From Felis catus (lineage: Eukaryota), in the NCBI RefSeq assembly GCF_018350175.1, contig NC_058368.1:163930001-163994000 (forward strand): a stretch of 64,000 bases of DNA, in the 5' to 3' direction. This document shows positions 26,078-36,899 of this stretch, piece by piece; the first letter of the stretch is position 1, and each line of letters begins with the position of its first letter. Under the pieces are notes generated by a model. The model did no database searches and had not been told where the DNA came from. It saw nothing but the letters and a program-made list of their open reading frames with translations. Position numbers and translations under genes: made by a program.

Positions 26078-26590
26078 TGTATTAGTTTCCTACTGATGCT
26101 ATAATGATCTTAGTGGCTTAAACAACACAATTATTTTATCTTATACTTCTGGAAATAAGAAGTCCAAAATGGGTCTTAAAAGCTAAAATCAAAACATCAA
26201 CAGAGCAGCATTCCTTCTTGAGACTCAAGGGGAGAAAATGTTTCCTTGCCTTTTCCTTCCCTCTTCTGGCTTCTAGAGGCCACCTACTTTCCTGGTTTGT
26301 GACCTCTTCCTTCCTGTTCAAAACCAGAACCATGGCATCTTCAAATCTCTGACTTTCACTATTTCTATCATCACATCTCCTTTATCTGTCTCTTTCTTCT
26401 GCCTTTGTCTTATAAGGACCTTTGTAATTATGTTTAGCCCATTTCAATGACCCCAGGAAATCTCCCCATTTCAAACTACTTAATTTAATCACATCTACAA
26501 AGTCCCTTTTGATATGTAAGGTAACATATTTACAGGTTCAGGGGATCAGGATGTGGACATCTTCAGTGGATCTTTATTTCCTTCTGTCAA
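26078..26590 (-). mobile_element. MLT1C/D-like MaLR LTR
   Basis: TGTATTAGTTTCCT...GTGGCTTAAACAACAC...TTAATCACATCTACAAAGTCCCTTTTG...GGACATCTT. Confidence 0.85.
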
Positions 26591-27346
26591 ATCAACTATC
26601 TTGTATTTCCAGGTCATTTACTGATTCTCTGTCTTCAACATTATTTGATTACATTTGGATCTAATTCATTTACTATACTGCTTACTCACTATTACTGTTT
26701 TAATGGACTCACTTTTCTCTTTGTGCAATTTATATTTTATGGTCTTTTATTTCCTTTTAGACACTCTCAGCACCACTTTTCCCATTCTCCTCTGCATCTC
26801 TGCCTTCTGTAGCACTCATCAGATATAGTGTATCCCTGGTTAAACACAGCCAACTCTCTGTCTACGTACTTTGCACCTAGACCTGAGCAGCAGAAGGTGG
26901 CTGCAGAAAAACATCTTTTCATGAAGATCTTTCTTATCCCTCTCCTCTTCTTGCCTTCCATGTGGAGGGGCTTTAATAACATAGCTATCCTGTCTCTAGC
27001 TTCTTACTTACACTGCAGTGAAGGAGATGTGAATTTATTTACCTGAGAGACTGAGAGATGGAATTGGGAACATCTGCCTCCTTGGCATCTGTCTGCCTGC
27101 AAGAGTTCCCCTTCTGTGCAATGTTGCTGTGAGGGAGATCTAACCCTGTGATGTGGACTGTACTTTTCCAACACCGATGATTACTGGGTTGGCAGGTCTA
27201 TCTAATTGTGAACTTCAATATTAGAACATCCGCTTGCCCACAGCTATCAGACACATTTTCCACGATTAGTGTTACAAAATAAAAGGGAGATGTTAATTTC
27301 CTATTTGCTTTTTTCTCATTTGAAACACAACTTGAGTGTATTATTT

Positions 27347-27575
27347 ATTTATTTATTAAAAAAATTTTTTTAATGTGTATTTATTATTGAGAGACAGAGA
27401 GAGACAGAGCATGAGCATGGAAGGGGCCGAAAGATGGGGAGACACAGAATCTGAAGCAGGCTCCAGGCTCTGAGCTGTCAGCACAGAGCCTGACGCGGGG
27501 CTCAAACTCACAAACTGCGAGATCATGACCTGAGCTGAAGTCAAACACTTAACCTCCTGAGCCACCCATGCAACC
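27347..27575 (-). mobile_element. CAN-SINE
   Basis: TSD TGAGTGTATTATTT at 27333-27346 and 27576-27589. Confidence 0.96.
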
Positions 27576-27876
27576 TGAGTGTATTATTTATTGAATGTCT
27601 GTAAACTCTGACTGTTCTACCCAAAATATCCCTTTCACTCTCTGATCCTTCGCCCTGCTTTGTTTTTCTTTATAATAATTACCAGTACTTGATATGATAG
27701 GTTTGTTTATGTGCTCTGTTTCTTCTGCTAAATGTAAGTTCCACAGGGTAAGACATTTCTTTTAGCTATATTCATAGTGCCTGGAACAGTGATTGGCTCA
27801 CAATGTGTATTTGTTGAATGACTGCTGAAAGAAAGAGTATGAGAACATATTCAGTATCATCTGAAGATTCACTTTA

Positions 27877-28082
27877 ATTTTTAATTGTTTTAATGTTTAT
27901 TTTTAAGAGAGAGAGTGTGAATGGGGGAGGGGTAGAGAGAGAGGGAGACACAGAATCCTCAGCAGGATGCAGGCTCTCAGATGTCAGCACAGAGCCCGAC
28001 GCGGGGCTCCAAATCACGAACCATGAGATCATGTCTCCAGCTGAAGTTAGATGCTTAACCAACTGAGCCACCCAGGTGCTCT
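27877..28082 (-). mobile_element. CAN-SINE
   Basis: TSD TGAAGATTCACTTTA at 27862-27876 and 28083-28097. Confidence 0.96.
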
Positions 28083-28999
28083 TGAAGATTCACTTTAGAC
28101 ACTTGTAGTTTTATTTTGCTTTATTAAAAATGTGCCAATCCTCAATTATCCAAGGTGGAGTTAATTAATTTAGAGATTAAACATAGTAAAAATAATAATA
28201 ATAGTTTATATATTAAAAATTAAAATATGAAAAATTTTGATATACAGAAAAAAAGTTTTATATACTAGCATCTATTTTCAATAGAAGTATGCAATAGCTA
28301 ACATCTAATAAAATATATCAAACATATATCAAATTGTATGTACTTCAACTTGGGAACATCTTTCCTTTTGTCATTCTGAAGTATAGAATAGTAATTTGAA
28401 TGTTGGAATTGAAGCAAAAAAGCAGAGTGGTTAAAGAAATCATTCAGTAGAGGAAAAAGATACCATTTCTTCTTCACAGCATGTTATAGGGGAACAAACA
28501 AATTTTTGTTGGAAAAAAATGTCTTTTGTACCCTTTCTGAGTTCAAGTGGGTTAGAATGTGAAAGCATGATAAGATAGGTTCTTTTGAGAGCTGTGATGA
28601 AATTTGGCCCCATTAGGAATGGTCAGAGCAATGCTGCTAAACAAGAAAAAAGTTTATTTGAAGTCTCAGAGTGAAAGATACACCATATATCTACTGTTCC
28701 TCTTTTCTGATAGTAGACCTAGGTTTTCCTTTTGCAAGTCTTCCCTTTTCCATTTGCAGCGCACGTCATTCAGATGGGCCTGACTGCTCTCCTACTTCCA
28801 GAGGGTGTCACAAGGATCAGGCTTGAATGGTCACTGTATTCCATATCCCTGGCCACAGTCACTGGTACAGAGATGAGCTCATGACCCAAGCAGTCTTGGT
28901 CAATGTTAATGCCAAGACTTCAGTTGGAACTCTTGGAACAAAGTGCATTTTAGCTGGGGTTGATTGGCTTGGTAGAATATAAAACCGTGACTCTGCCAG

Positions 29000-29443
29000 G
29001 GCTGATTTGCTGGAAGCAAGCCAACTCACTGAAAATCAATTCTACAAAAACTAATTTTCTGAAATTAAATTTCCCAAATGAAAATTCACTTATATGACAA
29101 ATCTACCAATTTACCCAAATCTTATTTCTTTTAACTACTTATAAAGACTTCTATAATTTATGCCTAGTGAAATGCTTTTAAAAGATGTAAGTGATTTTTA
29201 AAACCTAAGTTTTTATTTTTTATTGCTATTTTTTATTTTTATATAAGCATCTTAAGGAATTTACAGTTGGTAAATTTTAAGGACCATAGGGTAGTTTATT
29301 CTTCTAAATATATTATTTGATATTTAGAAAACAGTGTTTCATCATCAATAACCAAGGGCATTTAATGTGAATTTTTTCAGTTTCTGTTTACTTCATATCC
29401 TTTTTAAAAAATGTTTATTTATTTATTTTTGTGAGAAATAGGC

Positions 29444-29496
<53 letters not shown>

Positions 29497-30256
29497 CCCA
29501 AGCAGGCTTTGCACTGTCAGTGCGGAGTCCAATGTGGGACTTGAACTCATGAACCGTGAGATCATGACCTGAGCTGAGATCAAGAGTCAGATGCTTAACT
29601 GACTGAGCCACCCAGGTACTCCCTTCATATCCTTTTAATGTCAATTTTTGTTATTTAGATTTTTCTGCAGTCTTCCGTTTGACATTTAAATCTTAGCTTA
29701 TTTCCAAGAAGTGGTATAAAATTTAATATTTGGTGTGATTTTTTTCTAATTGCTTTGCAGTTAATTTTATACTTTAAACATATCATTTTTAGGATTTTTA
29801 GCCAATTTCTATTTTGATTCTCCAAATCTTTGGGGTTTTTTTGTTTGTTTGTTTCCTATATGCCAAATAATGACATAGTTATCACATAGTACATTACAGT
29901 AATAATAGCAATCACCTGCCTCTGTTCATCCTAGTTTTCCTAACACTGCTTTAAATAATTTTATCATTTAAAGTCAAATCTCTTAGCAAATTATTTCCAA
30001 GTTCCTATGTCCAAATGTGTATTGTGAGAAACCAGAGTAACTTCATTTCTTTTGGATGATTTTTTAAGTCCTATTCCCCCTCCTTTTAGGCATTTTTAGC
30101 TTTCTTGTATCAATTCTTCAGATGACATATGAGCTTAACTTTTATTTTTAGCAACTGTTTACAAAATTTCAACAAAGAAAGCAGCATCAACAAAGTCATT
30201 CAACAAATTTATTTTAACAGAACTAATTTTGGGAAAAAAGACTTTGTAAAATGACC
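29000..30256. mobile_element. Candidate ancient DNA transposon with inverted 15-bp-periodic subterminal repeats
   Basis: AATTYRYYRAA-like units at 29023, 29038, 29053, 29068, 29083; inverted units at 30199, 30214, 30229, 30244; interrupts an LTR. Confidence 0.55.
29405..29622 (-). mobile_element. CAN-SINE with long (GA)n
   Basis: TSD CTTCATATCCTTTT at 29391-29404 and 29623-29636. Confidence 0.96.
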
Positions 30257-30378
30257 TAAAATCAACTTTCTACCATAGAGGAGAGATTTGGTAAAAATGA
30301 ATTTAATGTAGAGCAGACAGATTGCTGACATCTTTTGAACACCTGGATCCTGGTGTGCATTAAGATAAAGGTTGCAGA

Positions 30379-30606
30379 GGGGCTCCTGGGTGGCACAGTC
30401 GGTTGGGCATCCGACTTCAGCTCAGGACATGATCTCATGGTTCGTGAGTTTGAGCCCTGCATCGAGCTCTGTGCTGACAGCTCAGAGCCTGGAGCCTTCT
30501 TCGGATTCTGTGTCTCCCTCTCTCTGTGCCCCTCTCCCAATCCTTCTCCCTCACTCTCTCTCTTTCTCTCTCTCTCTCAAAAATAAAGATTAAAAAAAAA
30601 TAAAAA
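30379..30606 (+). mobile_element. CAN-SINE
   Basis: GGGGCTCCTGGGTGGCACAG head, (CT)n, A tail. Confidence 0.95.
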
Positions 30607-30614
30607 CCAAAATG

Positions 30615-30800
30615 ATAGAGGTTGGGGATTGGGTTCTCAGGCATGCAAACTGTGAACTAGACATTAGTATATTGGAATGTGTTAAGATCAACACCTGTGG
30701 AGGAGAAGTGAAGGAGGCTAATTGGGCAGAGACAGAAGTTGGGCTGTGATGATGTGTCAACAAGGGCCTTGGACAAGCCCACTCTTTTGGGGGACCAGAA
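30615..30800 (-). mobile_element. ERVL-type LTR fragment (LTR16-like)
   Basis: GATCAACACCTGTGGAGGAGAAGTGAAGGAGGC...TTGGGCAGAGACAGAAGTTGGGCTGTGATG. Confidence 0.5.
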
Positions 30801-31319
30801 TGCCTTGATTTAGCTCCACTCTTTTCCTAGCATCAGGGTACCAGGGAAAGGGAATTTAAACAGAAGGTTGCATGAGAAACCTAGAGGGAAAATAAGGGGA
30901 AGTAGAAAATTTACTCAGCACACAGTGAAGCCTTACATATCTTGCACAGTGGAGGATTCCTCTCTCGTGACTGTTTGTGTCTCTTAGAAGTGGTACCCTC
31001 TCCCATGGAATGTGCTGGACAGAATCACAGTGCCACTTCTACCTCTGAAACCCCCCTATTCCCAGCATCACTATACATCTTAACTTTTTCATAACAAAAA
31101 TTTAATTTCCCTTTCTTTCCAGTTCTTTTAGAAGGTTCTTACTAGAACTTCCATGAATAATAGTGTCCGTGTAACTTTTATTGCCTTTGTTACAACTAAA
31201 CTTATGTGTGAAGACTGATGAACATATAAATGTTTTCAGCATTGGAATTAGCTATTTGTGGGTGGGGAAGTCTCCAAACAGGGTTTGTACTTGTATCCAG
31301 TATAAATGGGTCCTATATT

Positions 31320-31352
31320 CTTTTAAAAGAATTAAAAAAAATTATATATATA

Positions 31353-31394
<42 letters not shown>

Positions 31395-31563
31395 AGAGAG
31401 TGGGATTGGGAGGGGAGCAGAGATAGAGAAAGAGAGAGTCTTAAGTAGGCTCCATGCTCAGCATGGGAGCCTGACATGGGGCTCGATTGCACAACCCCGG
31501 GATCATGACCTGAGCTGAAATCAAGAGTTGGATGTTCAACCAACTGAGCCACCCAGGCACCCC
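31320..31563 (-). mobile_element. Older CAN-SINE with (TA)n/(TG)n in the tail
   Basis: SINE body; TA run at ~31345-31393. Confidence 0.92.
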
Positions 31564-31812
31564 TAAGTGGAGCCTATTTTTACTTGCCTTGAAGCCCAAG
31601 TCTTCATGGTATCAGATTCCAAAACACTCAACATCTGTCTCTAAAAGTCTTAAAGCATATAAGTATACCTCTTTTTATTGTACTTTGTTTTATCCTGTTT
31701 CACAGATACTGTGTTTTTACATATGGAAAATTTGTGATGACCCTATGTTGAGCAAGACTATTGGTACCATTTTTTCTTTTTTCTTTTTTTTTTAAATTTA
31801 ATTTATTTTTTT

Positions 31813-32046
31813 GGGGCGCCTGGGTGGCGCAGTCGGTTAAGCGTCCGACTTCAGCCAGGTCACGATCTCGCGGTCCAGGAGTTCGAGCCCCGCGTCGAGC
31901 CCTGGGCTGATGGCTCAGAGCCTGGAGCCTGTTTCCGATTCTGTGTCTCCCTCTCTCTCTGCCCCTCCCCCGTTCATGCTCTGTCTCTCTCTGTCCCAAA
32001 AATAAATAAATGTTGAAAAAAAAATTAAAAAAAAATAAATAAATAA
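31813..32046 (+). mobile_element. Young felid SINE inserted in the L1 poly(A) tail
   Basis: GGGGCGCCTGGGTGGCGCAG head; TSD AAATTTAATTTATTTTTT at 31794-31811 and 32047-32064. Confidence 0.97.
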
Positions 32047-32425
32047 AAATTTAATTTATTTTTTAAATTTACATCCAAGTTAGTTAGCATATAGTGCAAC
32101 AATTGATTTCAGGAGTAGATTCCTTAATGCCCCATACCCATTTAGCCCATCCTCTCTCCCACAACCCCTCTAGGAACCCTCTGTTTGTTCTCCATATTTA
32201 AGAGTCTCTTATGTTTTGTACCCCTCCCTGTTTTTATATTATTTTTGTTTCCCATTCCTTCCCTTATGTTCATCTGTTTTGTATCTTAAAGTCCTCATAT
32301 GAGTGAAGTCATATGATGTTTGTCTTTCTCTGACTAATTTCGCTTCATATAATACCCTCTAGTTCCATCCACATAGTTGCAAATGGCAAGGTTTCATTCT
32401 TTTTGATTGCCTAGTAATACTCCAC

Positions 32426-32535
32426 TAGATAGATATAGATATATAGATATATAGATATATAGATATATAGATATATAGATATATAGATACATAGATATAT
32501 AGATATATAGATATAGATATAGACATAGATACACA
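32426..32535. repeat. (AGATATAT)n / (AGATAT)n tandem repeat inside L1
   Basis: Seen directly. Confidence 0.95.
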
Positions 32536-33926
32536 TACCACATCTTCTTTATCCATTCATCCATTGATGGATATATGGGCTCTTTCCATACTTTGGCTAT
32601 TGTTGATAGTGCTGCTATAAACATGGGGGTGCATGTGCCCCTTCAAAACAGCACACCTGTAACCGTTGGATAAATACCTAGTAGTGCAATTGCTGGGTCA
32701 TAAGGTAGTTCTATTTTTAATTTTTTGAGGAATCTCCATGCTGTTTTCCAGAGTGGCTGCACCAGCTTGCATTCCCACTATCAGTGCAAAAGAGATCCTC
32801 TTTCTCCGCATCCTCGCCAACATCTGTTGTTGCCTGAGTTGTTAATGTGAGCCATTCTGACAGGTGTGAGGTGGTGTCTCATTGTGGTTTTGATTTGTAT
32901 TTGTATTTTGATGATGAATTATGTTGAGCATTTCTTCATGTGTCAGTTGACCATCTGGGTGATGGCCACATGGTGCCATTTTTTTCAATAGCATTTGCTC
33001 ACTTTGTGTCTCTGTGTTGCATTTTGGTAATTCTTAGAATGTCTCAGACTTTTCATTATTATGTTTATTATGGCGATCTGTGATTAGTGATCTTTGGTGT
33101 TACTATTGTAATTGTTTTGGAGCACCACAAATGGTGCCCATATAAGAAGGTGAAGTTAATTGGTAAGTGTTGTGTGTGTTCTGACTACTCCAGGGCCCTT
33201 CCCTTGCATCTCTCCTTCTCCTCAGGCCTCCCTATTCCCTGAGACACAACAATATTGAAATTAGGCCAATTAGTAGCCCTGCAACGGCCTCTAAGTGTTC
33301 AAGTGAAAGAAAGTGCTGCACATCTGCCACTTTAAATCAAAAGCCAGAAATTGTTAAGCTTAGTGAAGACGACATGTCAAGAGCTGAGGCAGGCTGAAAG
33401 CTAGGCATCTGTGCCAAACAGTTAGCCAAACAGTGAATGCAAAGGAAACGTTCTTTGAGTGGTCTGGCTAGATGAAACCAGCCATAACATTCCCATAAGC
33501 CAAAGCCTAATCCAGAGCAAGGCCCTAGCTCACTTCACTTCTATCAAGGCTGAGAGGTGAGGAAGCTGCAAAAGAAAAGTTTGAAAGTAGCAGAGGTTGA
33601 CTCATGAGGCTTAAGAAATCTCCATAAAATAAAAGTGCAAGGTGAAGCAGTTAAGTGCTGATGTTGAAGTGCAGCAAGTTATCCAGATCTAGCTAAGATC
33701 ATTAATGAAGATGGCTATACTCAACAACAGGTTTTCTATGCAGATGAAAACAGCCTTCTGTTGGAAGAAGATGCCATTTAGGACTTTCATTACTAGTAAG
33801 GAAAAGTCATAACTGCTTCAAAGCTTCAAAGGACAGACTGACTCTTCTTAGCTGATAACTCTGTTGAAACCAGTGTGCCTTTACCATTTTGAAAATCCTC
33901 CGGCCCTTAAGAATTATGCTAAATCT

Positions 33927-34108
33927 GAGGTGCCTGGTTGGCTCAGTCGGTTAAGCCTCTGATTTCGGCTCAGGTCATGATCTCACAGTTTGTGAGTTCG
34001 AGGCCAGCATTGGGTTCTATGCTGACAGCTCAGAACCTGGAGCCTGCTTCAGATTCTGTGTCTTATTCTCTTTCTGTCCCCTCCCCTATGTGTGCTCTGT
34101 CTCTCTCT
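33927..34108 (+). mobile_element. CAN-SINE lacking poly(A) tail and TSD
   Basis: Head GAGGTGCCTGGTTGGCTCAG; ends within the (CT)n block. Confidence 0.92.
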
Positions 34109-34109
34109 T

Positions 34110-34820
34110 GGAAAGTGGGAGCCATTTTAAATAGTGTGATCAGAAAAGGCCTGCATGGGTGGCATTAGAGCTGAAAACTGAATAGTGACAGAGCTGGCTA
34201 TATTAAGGTCTAAGGTCATAGGAACAAGGATTCCAGGCAAAGAAAATATTTAAATAAGTGATGATGGTGGATAAAACCATTTGACTTTCATTCTTTTTTT
34301 TTTTTTTAACGTTTATTTATTTTTGAGACAGAGAGAGACAGAGCATGAATGGGGGAGGGACAGAGAGAGAGGGAGACACAGAATTGGAAGCAGGCTGGGC
34401 CGTCAGCCCAGAGCCCGACGCGGGGCACGAACTCACGGACCGCGAGATCGTGACCTGAGCTGAAGTCGGATGCTTAAATGACTGAGCCACCCAGGCGCCC
34501 CTGATTTTCATTCTAATTGCAGTTGTATTCTGATGGAGAATTATAAGTCAGGGAACAATATAATCTAATTAATGACTTAAAATAGTAACGCTGGATTTTG
34601 GGGACATAAGATTGTCAGGGGGCAAGGGAAGAGTCAGGGAGACTGGTTAGCTATTGTAGTAATCCAGGAGAGAGATGATGGTGGCTTGAAGTGGTAGGCT
34701 ATCCAAGAAGATGGAGAGAAGTGATAGAATTAAGATGTACTTTGGAGGTGTAAGACTTGCTGGTAATTGAGATAACGCTAGGGAAGATAGTAAGGAAAAG
34801 AGAAAAATCAAGGACCATAA
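34110..34820 (-). mobile_element. L2 fragment containing a SINE
   Basis: ATTTTAAATAGTGTGATCAGAAAAGGCC and GCTATTGTAGTAATCCAGGAGAGAGATGATGGTGGCTTG are antisense L2 signatures. Confidence 0.75.
34295..34501 (-). mobile_element. CAN-SINE with a small internal deletion
   Basis: TSD TGA(C/T)TTTCATTCT at 34282-34294 and 34502-34514. Confidence 0.96.
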
Positions 34821-35073
34821 ATTTCCTTCTTTCTTTCTTCAAGCAGTTTCCTCATAAGGTGATGGTCTTCCTTTGCCACATCCATGTCTGCTCCCTCTCA
34901 TCTTGAGTAATAAACCACCTTCCAGGTGCTCTTGTGAGAGATACTTTCTGGAAAGAAAAGCCTATCTTTTCCTCTGACTGCCTTGTTTGTGAGAAATAGG
35001 CCTACTAGAATTTTGATGACTCTATGTTTCCATCTTGAAAAGACCATATTGTATTTACTTCCTTTGTTTTTGC

Positions 35074-35436
35074 TGTTACCCCTTGAATGTTTGTGTCCCC
35101 ACAAAATTTATATGTTAAATCCTAACATGCAGTGTGATGGTGTTTGGAGATGAGGCCTTTTGTAGGTGATTAAGTCATGAGGGTGGAGCTATCATGAATG
35201 GAATTAGTACCCTTATAAAAGAGATCTCAACTTCCTGGACCCTTCTGCCATTTGAGGACACAAGAAGAAGACAGCCCTCTAATGAAGCAGGGAGCAGGCT
35301 CTCAGCAGATGCCAAATCTGCAGGGGCCTTGGTCTTGGACTTCGCAGCCTCCAGAACTGTGAGAAATAAATGTTTGTTGTTTGAGCCACTCAGTCTATTC
35401 TATTTTTTTTTACAGCAGCTCGAATGAACTACGACA
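35074..35436 (+). mobile_element. MLT1A-like MaLR solo LTR
   Basis: TTGAATGTTTGTGTCCCC...CAGCCTCCAGAACTGTGAGAAATAAATG...ACTACGACA. Confidence 0.9.
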
Positions 35437-35914
35437 TCCCTGCCTTAGATTGTTTGACCTGTGTTTCTGGCCTCCCCCAACCCTCTCCAAACTCTAGAAA
35501 GACAATTTTATCTTTCACATATTAACTCTTCTCTTTAGTTTTCCCCACTGTCATTAGCAGAATTAATCACTCTTGGCTTCTAAATATTTTTGTACCTGTC
35601 TCTAATATTTTATTAGAATACTTTCTACCTTATATTTGCATTGTTTTAAGTTTTTGTCTCTTCTGTTAGAATGTGAGCTCTTCAAAAGTATGAAAAATGT
35701 CCTTTTTCATCCTGGTATCCCTAGCACAGAATATGGCACATTATAGGCTCTGATGAAATGTTTGATCAATTAAAGGCATTGAATTACCTTCTGTTCTGTT
35801 TTAGTTAACTTTAATTGCAACCACTTACTGAAATAATAAAAAAAATTACAAAGTAGCACCTAAGTGCCATTCTTACCAAAACAGTTTATGTTTTTAATGT
35901 TTATTTAAAGGGAT

Positions 35915-36093
35915 ATTTTATTTTATTTGAGAGAGAGAGGGGCAGGGGAGAGGGGCAGAGGGAGAGAGAATCTTAAGCAGGCTCTATGCCCAGTGAGGAG
36001 CCTGACATGGGGCTCCATCTCACAGCCGTGAGGTCATGACCTGAGCCAAAATTAAGAGTAGGATGCTCAGGAGACTGAGCCACCCAGCCACCC
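35915..36093 (-). mobile_element. Older CAN-SINE
   Basis: SINE body ending GAGCCACCCAGCCACCC. Confidence 0.9.
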
Positions 36094-36285
36094 CTAGAGG
36101 GCTGTTTTAAAATTGTATTATATATTTCTAGTCTCTAAAGTTCTTTGCTATACTAGATCCAACAGATGTCTCAGAAAGCTTTAGCCCTGTGCTATTTGAT
36201 GGAAACTTGTCAACAGTGTGTCACAGTGTTGCCACATGAACTCTTCTTAAGGAAGACTGTAGAGCAGCTTTTTGTTTTGTTTCAT

Positions 36286-36305
36286 TTGTTTGTTTGTTTG
36301 TTTGT

Positions 36306-36344
<39 letters not shown>
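36286..36344. repeat. Compound (TTTG)n(TTTA)n microsatellite
   Basis: Seen directly. Confidence 0.95.
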
Positions 36345-36899
36345 TGAGCATCTTCTAAAAAGCAACTAGTTCTCTGTTGCCTTAAGTCTGCAGGTAGAGA
36401 TGCTGATCTTGAGAGAGATGTCATGTGTGAAGGGTGGCCAGAGGTTTCAGATTCAGATTCATCTCCTGAAGCTGTGTGTATTTCTTTTAATTTTGGAAGA
36501 TTTATCTTTTCTTGCTTTGAAGCAAAAGGCACTAGTGTGTTTCATATTTTGGCAGGAAGGGACTGAAGGATAAATACACCTTTCATACCTTACCAGGGTG
36601 ATAATTGTGCTAACTTTAAGTTGAACTGGGAGAAGGCATTAGTTGATAGAATCTTTTCAAAAAGTAATAAATTGTTATCAGGATTGAATAAGCATTATTT
36701 ACATTAATCACCGAAGGGAAACCAAAATAATTATATTTTGACCAAGAATAGTACTGAGAATCATGCCACTATTACTGTTGTCTAAAGAAATGTGTAAATT
36801 GGAGTGTGTCTGTGATTATATTTGAGTCTCAAGCAGCTTACTGTTGATACATATTGGGAACAACGTGGTATTAGTTCATCTTAAGGTAAAAATCTCTCT

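Larger units (their letters stand above)
25500..27830 (+). mobile_element. Fragmented L2 (endonuclease region to 3' end) interrupted by MLT1 and a SINE
   Basis: Pyrimidine-rich degenerate ORF2-like sequence; 3' end AAATGTAAGTTCCACAGGG...GTGCCTGGAACAG...ATTTGTTGAATGA. Confidence 0.55.
28710..30365 (+). mobile_element. Old MaLR LTR (MLT1K/L-like) split in two (28710-~29000 and ~30260-30365)
   Basis: CCCTGGCCACAGTCACTGGTACAGAGATGAGCTCATGACCCAAGC on the left; CTACCATAGAGGAGAG...TTTGAACACCTGGATCC on the right. Confidence 0.6.
31776..32970 (-). mobile_element. 5'-truncated carnivore L1 (ORF2 end and 3' UTR)
   Basis: MFIAALSTIAKVWKEP...MDEWIKKMWY; TSD TGGT(A/G)CCATTTTTT at 31762-31775 and 32971-32984. 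Confidence 0.95.
31660..33926 (+). mobile_element. Tigger1 (TcMar-Tigger) 5' half, split by an L1 insertion and 3' truncated
   Basis: 5' TIR-like TAAGTATACCTC after TA; from 33284 reads (T)ASKCSSERKCCTSATLNQKPEIVKLSEDDMSRAEAG*, matching the Tigger1/TIGD1 N-terminus; start codon mutated to ACG, stops present. Confidence 0.93.

Noticed and set aside
29023..29093. CRISPR-like array from the 15-bp periodicity
   Set aside because: Units are 11 bp, degenerate, with 4-bp spacers, in mammalian DNA with no cas genes; transposon subterminal repeats explain it better.
33284..33926. TIGD1-like domesticated transposase gene
   Set aside because: Start codon mutated to ACG, early TGA, deletions and truncation; it is a fossil Tigger1.
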